Below, piece by piece: positions 28,433 through 36,400 of a stretch of 64,000 nt of DNA (positions are counted from its first letter, which is position 1; each line of letters starts with the position of its first letter). A program made the position numbers and the translations under genes. This DNA is from Bacteroidota bacterium (GTDB lineage Bacteria; Bacteroidota; Bacteroidia; NORP154): the NCBI GenBank assembly GCA_043811005.1, contig JBDRNO010000240.1, positions 467 through 64,466 on the forward strand, written 5' to 3'. The notes below the pieces were generated by a model that was not told the origin of the DNA, did not search any database, and saw only the letters and a program-made list of their open reading frames with translations.

Positions 28433-28535
28433 GCCACGAATTACACTAATTTTCACTAATTATCACAAAATATATTTTTGTAAATTTTAAGTTGTTATAC
28501 AATAATTAACATTGTTAATTCGTGTAATTAGTGGC
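28433..28535. repeat. inverted repeat GCCACGAATTACACTAATT / AATTCGTGTAATTAGTGGC (repeat family 4)
   Basis: 17 of 19 positions are complementary. A related word occurs at 47333-47394. Confidence 0.7.
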
Positions 28536-28574
28536 TATCTTAATTTAATTTGTGAAACTTTGTTTAATAATTGT

Positions 28575-29183
28575 TTAGGATTTTATCCGATAATGAATCG
28601 GGCTTTCTTTAAATTTTCTACCTGATCGAAATGCTTTGATGCTTTTTTCTTTAATCTCCGGTTTTGCTATTGCTGCGATTGCCTGTTTAATATGCTTTGC
28701 TTGTATAGGAAAAGCATTGAGCAATGATGCCCTTCCCAGGACAAAGATGTTGCGTAGTAGCGGATCTATTTCTTCTTTTATTTCAGATATATATATGAGT
28801 TGTTCAATATTCTTTTTTAAATGATCAATAAATGAGTTTGTATCAGGATAAGTAGTTTTTTGAGCAATGACGGAATAGGGAAGTATCTTGTTATCATCAA
28901 TCACAGCTTTACTGTTCTTATTCAAAAAGGGGAGACAACGCTGGGCTTCGAGGGGTTCCAATCCGATCAGGAAATCCGCACCGCCTTTTTCAACAAATCC
29001 GTAAGTATGCTTTCCGAAGGTTAAACCAGCAACGACAGAGCCGCCTCTTTGAGCAAGGCCGTGTATTTCGCTGGTCGCAACAGGTATATCAGCAAGAAGT
29101 GCTGCCTCTACCAAAAGGTTTGTTAAATAAACAATCCCCTGCCCGCCAACACCGGCTATTAGGAGTTTTTTTGAGTTATTCAT
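28575..29183 (-). CDS. iorB: indolepyruvate/2-oxoacid:ferredoxin oxidoreductase beta(gamma-type) subunit
   Basis: LIAGVGGQGIV...SEIHGLAQRGGSV pattern, 202 aa. Confidence 0.7.
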   Translation of the reverse strand: MNNSKKLLIAGVGGQGIVYLTNLLVEAALLADIPVATSEIHGLAQRGGSVVAGLTFGKHTYGFVEKGGADFLIGLEPLEAQRCLPFLNKNSKAVIDDNKILPYSVIAQKTTYPDTNSFIDHLKKNIEQLIYISEIKEEIDPLLRNIFVLGRASLLNAFPIQAKHIKQAIAAIAKPEIKEKSIKAFRSGRKFKESPIHYRIKS

Positions 29184-29227
29184 AACATTTTATTAACCAT
29201 CTATTTAGTGTTGTAACCAGCGCCTTT

Positions 29228-29362
29228 TTATCTTCTATATATTAAGTTTATTTCCGATAATTCTTGTCCAATCAGATGAATACCCATTAGTATTTTCTCT
29301 GTTTGTATTTCTGATGGCTTTTTATGACCTTGTATATATTGAGATAATAAGGTCGGATTCAT
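29228..29362 (-). pseudogene. 44-codon remnant resembling the C-terminal part of an XRE/HigA-type HTH protein
   Basis: MNPTLLSQYIQGHKKPSEIQTEKILMGIHLIGQELSEINLIYRR. It lacks the first helices of the HTH. Not in the ORF track (under 60 aa). Confidence 0.3.
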
Positions 29363-29390
29363 TCCTAAAAGGTAAATAAAAATTTACCTT

Positions 29391-30872
29391 TTATTCAAAC
29401 CAACCGCTAACCATTTGCTTTTCCTTATTGTTGCCATTTACATGGAAGAATGTATTGGTTTTAGGATCATAGATATAATCTTTTTCCCATTCATTAAAAT
29501 TATTTACCAATTCCTTAATTGCATTGATTATATAATAAATCTCATCATTAGTCATAATAGGGTGAATTGCGAGTCGTATCCAACCCGGCTTTGAGGAAAA
29601 ATCCCCCTCATTAATCCTGTCAGTAATTTTTTTAGAAATACTTTCGGAAATTTCCAATAAAAAATGGCCATAAGTCCCTGCACAGGAACAGCCACCTCTG
29701 AATTGAATTCCAAAATGATCGTTTAACAGTTTCGCCCCCAGATCATAATGTAAACCATCAATATAAAATGAAATAACACCCAATCTGCTTTCAATATTTT
29801 CCGCAAGAATATGAAGACCTTTGATGTTTTTTAAATCCCTGAATAAGATCTTCAACATTTCTTCTTCTCTTTTTAACATATTGTTCACTCCCATTTTTTC
29901 TTTGAGCTTTATACAAAGGGCTGCTTTGATGGTTTGCAAAAAAGCAGGTGTCCCACCATCTTCACGGATTTCAATATCGTCAAAGTATTTATGTTCTTTC
30001 CAGGGATTGGTCCAGGAAACAGTTCCGCCTCCGGGGTTATCAGGAACTTGACATGTATATAGATTCGAGTCGAAGATCAACACCCCGGGAGTTCCGGGTC
30101 CTCCGAGGAATTTATGTGGGGAAAAGTAAATCGCATCTAATTTTTCAAGAGGATCCTGAGGATGCATATTAATTTCAACGTAAGGGGCAGAACAGGCAAA
30201 GTCAACGAAACACATACCGCCATTCTTATGCATCAACTTTGCAATTTTGTGGTAACAGGTTTGAATTCCGGACACATTGGAACAAGCGGTAACAGAAGCT
30301 ATTTTGGTTTTTTTATGCTTGTATTTTTCGAGAAGGTCTTTAAGGTTCTCTAAACTGATCAACCCCTTCTCGTCAGGAAGTATGCACTCAACATCTGCGA
30401 TGGTTTCCAACCATGAAGTATGATTGGAATGATGCTCCATGTGAGTGACAAAGACCACAGGTTTTAATTCATCCGGTATTGTTACAAAAGTGGATAATAT
30501 ATCAGGTATCTTTAAACCCAATATACGCTGAAATTTATTGACAACCTTGGTCATACCGGAACCTGAGGTAATAATTACATCTTCAGAGCTTGCATTTACA
30601 TGTTTTTTTATTATTTCATGGGCAAATTTATAGGCATTTGTCATTGAGGTGCCTGTAACGGTAGTATCCGTGTGAGTGTTACCGACAAAAGGGCCGAAAT
30701 CATTTATCAATTTATTTTCGATGGGAGCATATAATCTTCCGCTTGCAGTCCAATCAGCATAAACTATTCGCTTTGTGCCATAAGGGGTTTCAAAAGTCTG
30801 ATTATAACCGATAATATTATTTCTAAAAAACTCGAAGTAATCCTCTAAAGATTTATGTTTTTCACAAGACAT
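29391..30872 (-). CDS. class V aminotransferase-fold PLP enzyme (cysteine-desulfurase-like)
   Basis: 493 aa. SPHKFLGGPGTPGVL (PLP-Lys) motif. A hairpin at 29367-29392 overlaps the stop codon. Confidence 0.7.
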   Translation of the reverse strand: MSCEKHKSLEDYFEFFRNNIIGYNQTFETPYGTKRIVYADWTASGRLYAPIENKLINDFGPFVGNTHTDTTVTGTSMTNAYKFAHEIIKKHVNASSEDVIITSGSGMTKVVNKFQRILGLKIPDILSTFVTIPDELKPVVFVTHMEHHSNHTSWLETIADVECILPDEKGLISLENLKDLLEKYKHKKTKIASVTACSNVSGIQTCYHKIAKLMHKNGGMCFVDFACSAPYVEINMHPQDPLEKLDAIYFSPHKFLGGPGTPGVLIFDSNLYTCQVPDNPGGGTVSWTNPWKEHKYFDDIEIREDGGTPAFLQTIKAALCIKLKEKMGVNNMLKREEEMLKILFRDLKNIKGLHILAENIESRLGVISFYIDGLHYDLGAKLLNDHFGIQFRGGCSCAGTYGHFLLEISESISKKITDRINEGDFSSKPGWIRLAIHPIMTNDEIYYIINAIKELVNNFNEWEKDYIYDPKTNTFFHVNGNNKEKQMVSGWFE

Positions 30873-31020
30873 TGCTTATAAAAATTTATGCAGATAAGGG
30901 ATTTATCTTTTCTTGTATCTTTACAAAATGTCTTTCTATTCTTACGGTTAGAAACTTATCTCTTAAATCTTTGCCACTTTTGACAACAAATTTTATTAAA
31001 GTTTCGAAAACCATAATTGT

Positions 31021-31093
31021 TGCTGGTTACTGGCAGTAATTACTCATCAAAAATGTTATCAAGATAAACCAGATACCAGTTACCAGTAACCAG
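31021..31093. repeat. inverted repeat CTGGTTACTGG / CCAGTAACCAG with CCAG-word arms
   Basis: 11-nt perfect complementarity between 31023-31033 and 31083-31093. Confidence 0.7.
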
Positions 31094-31165
31094 AAACTGT
31101 AACATAAGTAGCAATATTTTTTTGTAATCTTTATCCTATTTGGTTGTAGCTCGTCCACGTTATGA

Positions 31166-33295
31166 TTACGCTTCCTCTAATTCTTTTTGCTGTTCCTCAA
31201 TAAGCTTCTGCTGAATATCAAATGGAACTGGAGCATATTCGATATATTTTTCTTTATGCTTAGCCCTGCCCTGGGAAATGGAGCGTAACGTGGAAGAATA
31301 ACTATGCAGTTCAGCCAAAGGTACTTTTGCTTTGATTATCTGATACTGACCCCCCGAGTCCATGCCAAGAATGACTGCCCGCCTGGTTTGCAAGTCACTC
31401 ATTACATCCCCTCCCATTTCATCAGGGACCATAACTTCTACTTCATAAATAGGTTCTAATATAATAGGGCCGGCTTCCCTGAAAGCATCTTTGAAAGCCC
31501 TCATACCGGCAATTTTAAATGCCATGTCGTTAGAGTCAACAGGGTGCATTTTCCCATCATAAATACTCACTCTAACATCTCGTACACAAGAGTTGGTCAT
31601 AGGTCCATCAACCATCTTTTCCATTACTCCCTTTAAGATAGAGGGCAAAAATCTCACATCAATTGCACCCCCGACTATACAGTTATAAAACACCAATTTA
31701 CCTCCCCATTTTAAGTCAACAGTTTCCCTGCCTCTTACATTTAATCCTTCCGGGTCAGGCATATCTTCTTTAAATGGTTCAATTAACATATACACTTCTG
31801 CAAACTGACCTGCTCCACCAGATTGCTTTTTATGGCGATATGAACTTTTTGCAGATTTACTTATTGTTTCACGGTAAGGAATTCTTGGTTTAATATAATC
31901 AATTGACAATTTGAAAATATTTTCCAACCTCCATTTCAATATATTTAATTGTAACTCACCCTGTGCATGAATAATGGTTTGTTTCAGCTCCTGGGATTGC
32001 TCAACATTAATGGAGAGGTCTTCTTCAATAATCTGATGCAAGGCAATTGACAATCTTTCTTCTTCTCCTTTCTTTTGAGAAACCACCGCAGTTCTGATGG
32101 TTGGTTTGGGAAATTTCACAGGTGGAATTTCTATTTTTTTACCTTTTAAATGCAAGGTGTTATTTGTATTGGAATTTTTCAATTTAACAGTAGCCCCAAT
32201 ATCTCCGGAAGTTATAATTTTAGTATTTGTCCTTTCTTTTCCGTTGATAAAATACAATTGGTTGAAACGTTCCGTACTTTTTGTATTTTCATTCACTAAA
32301 TCCATTCCCACTTTAATTTCACCAGAATAAACTTTAAAAAATAACATTTCTCCTAGGTTTTGCTCTGTACTGGTTTTATAAATAAAAAGGCAAGGGTCGC
32401 CTTTCGCATCACAAGCCAACGATTGTTCGTCATTCAACTGCAGTGGCGGCAAATCAACAGGAGACGGGACAATATTATTAATAAATCCCATTAATCTGCC
32501 ACTACCCATATTTTGCTTAGCTGATAGGCAGAACACAGGGAAGATATCACGTTGTATCAATGCTTTTTGCAAACCATTTTTCATCTCGTCTTCTTCAAGT
32601 GTACCTTTTTCGAAATAAAGTTCCATCAAGCTGTCTTGAACTTCGGCAACATTCTCAATCAACTCGGTATGCAATTGCTCTGCTTTCTGTTTTTCCTCAT
32701 CCGGGATAGGCAATTTTTCCGGTTTTCCTCCTCCTTTAGGAAACTTGTACATTATCATCTTTAATACATCAATGATTGAGTCAAAACCAGGACCGCTATC
32801 TAACGGATATTGAAATGTTGTAACCTTTCTTCCAAAATTGTTTTTCAATTGCTCTATCGTATTTTCTATATCAGCATTGTCTTGATCCACTTGATTAATA
32901 GTGAATATTACAGGTTTATTTAACTGTTTAGTATATTCCCAAAGAATGTCTGTTTGTACTTCTACGCCATGCTGTGCATTTAATAACATGATAGCCGTAT
33001 CCGCCACTGATAAGGCAGTAAGCGCTTCGCCACTAAAATCATCAAACCCGGGAGTGTCAATGATATTGATCTTTGAATCTTTCCAATCCAGATACATTAA
33101 TGTATTATGTATTGAATTTACTCTTTCATGTTCGATCTCATGATAATCAGAGACTGTATTACCATCTTCTACATTACCCATCCTGCTAATGACACCTGCC
33201 TCAAACAACATTGTTTCAGCCAGGGTTGTCTTTCCGCAACCCGCATGACCGATGATAGCAATATTCCTTATATGTTGTGACTCGTAGTTTTTCAT
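31166..33295 (-). CDS. elongation factor G paralog
   Basis: 709 aa. G1 AIIGHAGCGKTTL, G3 DTPGFDDF, NQVD G4-like box, and EF-G domain IV/V-like C-terminus. Confidence 0.75.
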   Translation of the reverse strand: MKNYESQHIRNIAIIGHAGCGKTTLAETMLFEAGVISRMGNVEDGNTVSDYHEIEHERVNSIHNTLMYLDWKDSKINIIDTPGFDDFSGEALTALSVADTAIMLLNAQHGVEVQTDILWEYTKQLNKPVIFTINQVDQDNADIENTIEQLKNNFGRKVTTFQYPLDSGPGFDSIIDVLKMIMYKFPKGGGKPEKLPIPDEEKQKAEQLHTELIENVAEVQDSLMELYFEKGTLEEDEMKNGLQKALIQRDIFPVFCLSAKQNMGSGRLMGFINNIVPSPVDLPPLQLNDEQSLACDAKGDPCLFIYKTSTEQNLGEMLFFKVYSGEIKVGMDLVNENTKSTERFNQLYFINGKERTNTKIITSGDIGATVKLKNSNTNNTLHLKGKKIEIPPVKFPKPTIRTAVVSQKKGEEERLSIALHQIIEEDLSINVEQSQELKQTIIHAQGELQLNILKWRLENIFKLSIDYIKPRIPYRETISKSAKSSYRHKKQSGGAGQFAEVYMLIEPFKEDMPDPEGLNVRGRETVDLKWGGKLVFYNCIVGGAIDVRFLPSILKGVMEKMVDGPMTNSCVRDVRVSIYDGKMHPVDSNDMAFKIAGMRAFKDAFREAGPIILEPIYEVEVMVPDEMGGDVMSDLQTRRAVILGMDSGGQYQIIKAKVPLAELHSYSSTLRSISQGRAKHKEKYIEYAPVPFDIQQKLIEEQQKELEEA

Positions 33296-33492
33296 TTGTT
33301 TATCCTCCCTGTTTTATGTTGCAAATATAATAAATTTTATCTTTTGTTTTGAACTTCTCTTTTTCACATTTTCACAATTCAACAATTTACCATCAAACAT
33401 CCAATATCCAGCACCGATTACCCAATGCCCAGCACCAGAGACTATATTATATTATTGCTTCACTTAATTTCAAGTAATTTTTTTTTTAAAAT

Positions 33493-36400
33493 TCACGAAG
33501 TTAAGTTCTTCTTCTCCACCCACTGAATTGACCTGTTCGGGCAAACGTCAATACACAATCCGCATAGGTTACATATAGTTTCATCTATCACGACCTTTGC
33601 ATCTACTTTTGTCATAGCGGGACAGCCGAAGTTATCAATACAATGATTGCACCAGTAACATGCCTGGTAAAGGTCGAATTGCTGTAATTGTTGTGAAATA
33701 TTTTGGGTTATCTCATTAATCCGAATATCATTCGGATCTACATTTATCCGAATATTATTCGGGTTTACTTTTGATCGAATATTATTCGGACTTACATTTA
33801 GCTTATCTAAGGCATCCTGTCCTTCATAAGCAATTGAATAATCCTCCAGCAATTGCCTAATACCTATTGCTGCTCTTTTGCCGCTTGCAATAGCCCCAAT
33901 GACGCTTATATGGTTTCCTGAACAAGCATCACCTGCTACGAACACCACTGGTTCCGACTGTATCTGCCCCTCTCTCTTCGGTACGACCTGGCTCAGGGTG
34001 GGCTTTTTATATTTTACAAGTCCGTTTTTCTTCTCAATTTTTATTCTTATGTCTTTATCAAATTGCAAAGAATTGATGCCGCTAAAAAGTGTCTTATCCC
34101 CTCTTTGCCCTATTGCCACTATCACATAATCGCATACGATTTTTTGCAAATGTTTTTTGGTTTTAAAAGAACTTAATTTAAAACTAATCTTACCATCAGC
34201 TTTTACCGGGCAGTGTTCAACAAAGCTGTCAGGAACTAATTCGATACCTTCCTCCACAGCATGTTCAATTTCTTCGGCAAAAGCGGGCATTTCTTCAGTG
34301 GTTTCAATGCATGAAACGATAACTCTATTTTTGCTATCCAGCCGTTTTGCCGTTCTCGCAGCATCAATGGCGCTGTTGCCGCCACCTATCAATAAAATTG
34401 AGGAAGCGGGATTCAACTCAAGGGTTTTAAAATAATATTCCCTCAAAAAAGAGAGTGCATCAAACCGTTTCTCACGGGGAATATTCTCTTCAATAATATC
34501 AAGCGTTAATGATTTCGGCATACCTGTTGCCAGTATCACACCGTCATATTTCCCGGTTAATTTGTCAAGAGAGATATCTTTCCCCAGGGAGATGTTATAT
34601 TTAAACTTCACACCTAATTCGCCGAGCTGGGATACTTCAAAGTCAAACCCTTTCTTATCCATACGAAAATCAGGAATAGCATACCTGATAAGCCCCCCTC
34701 CTTGTTTTTCCTTTTCAAAAACTGTTACCTTATAGCCGGCTTGGATAAGGTCATAAGCAGCGCTTAGCCCAGCAGGTCCTGCACCGACTATGGCGATATC
34801 TTTATTTTTCTTTTCAGATGACTTAACGCGTTCTTTGAGAGCGGAAAAATCATAAAAATTCTCATCAATTGAAGATACAAATTTCTTCAATTGCTTAACA
34901 GGTACGACCGGGCCGGTCTCTTTCCCTGTATACAATTCACAGGGACGGTGGCAAATGTCACCACATGTTCGGGCAAACAATATCTTATCCTTAACGATCT
35001 CGAGAGCAGATTTGTAATTTCGATCCATAATGGAATAAAAGAAACTGTGATTACAGATGTTTGCAGGGCATGGCTGCATTTCGCCGGGGATCGAGTACTC
35101 AGCGCTTATTTTTGCTTTTGCCCTTCTCAAATTGCTCCCGGGAGAGTATGTTCTTGAGCATGGCAATGTGTGGTCAAGGTGATTGCCACAATTGGTACAG
35201 AGGTTATGGTCAACAGTGATAATAGCATTTTTCGGGATCTTAGTTTTATGATCAGGATGAAAAATGCAAGGTGATGTGGATACGATCACAGAGACGCCTT
35301 TTACCAAACTGGCATCCCTGATCTTTTCATAGCTGTTTTTCACATCAAACGGATCAATTGTTTCCACATATTGAATCCCCATTCCTTTTAAGAGAGGGGG
35401 AATGTCAATTTCCCGGTATTTGTCAGAGCGGGAAGCTCCGGGATGGTCCTGTCCTCCTGTCATTCCGATTGTACGGTTGTCAAAAATGACGACCATGATA
35501 TTTGCATTAGTATATACGGCATTCATCATGGATGCGATACCTGAGTGGAAGAATGTGCCGTCACCGATAAGGGCTATGGTTTTAGCCCCCCCCCACTTAC
35601 CCGATGTGGAGGAGGAACATAGGGCTTCGGAAAGACCCTGTGCCATGGAGATGCTCATTCCCATGTGGTGAATGGTATCTATCATCTGAATTGGTGGCAG
35701 GGCGCCTAAGCCGAAACAGCCAATGTCACCGCATAGTACTACATTATTGTTATCACGTGGGATGGATAATTTCAAAGCATAGAATGTTGCTCTGTGCGGA
35801 CAACCAGGACAAAGTGAAGGTGGGCGGGGTGGCAGGATAACCTCTCCCACTCCAGACAGGGCAGGGACAAGCGACACCTTCTCCGGGGGAGGGTGGGAGA
35901 GAGAAACAACCGGTGGAAGTTCTTTCTTCCGTTTTAACGGTTGCCCGACAAACTCCTCAACAGCTTGTTTCACAATGTCAATGGAAAATTCGCCAGTGGT
36001 TGCAAGGGAAGAAAATCCTTTACCGAAAATATTGCAATCAATATTATGTTTTTGTGCAATAACGCGCACCTGATCCTCAACTATTGGATCTAATTCCTCA
36101 AGAACTAATATGCGTGGCACGGCTTGAAGCCGTGTCATGCTTTTTTCGGTTTCTAATATGCGTGCCACGGTTTGGAACCGTGTCACGCTTTTGAGAAAAG
36201 GAATGACATTATTTTCAGGAAATGGATGGATCAATCCCAATTTTAAAACTTTAATCTTCCCTGTGAGCTTGTTATCGTACAAAATCTCAGAAAGATAAAC
36301 AGATGAAACACCGCTGCTTATAATACACAGAGAAGGTAAAAATTTCAACTTTCCAAAAGTTTTAGAACTTTTGGAAAGTTCTATATTATGTTTTTCAAAA

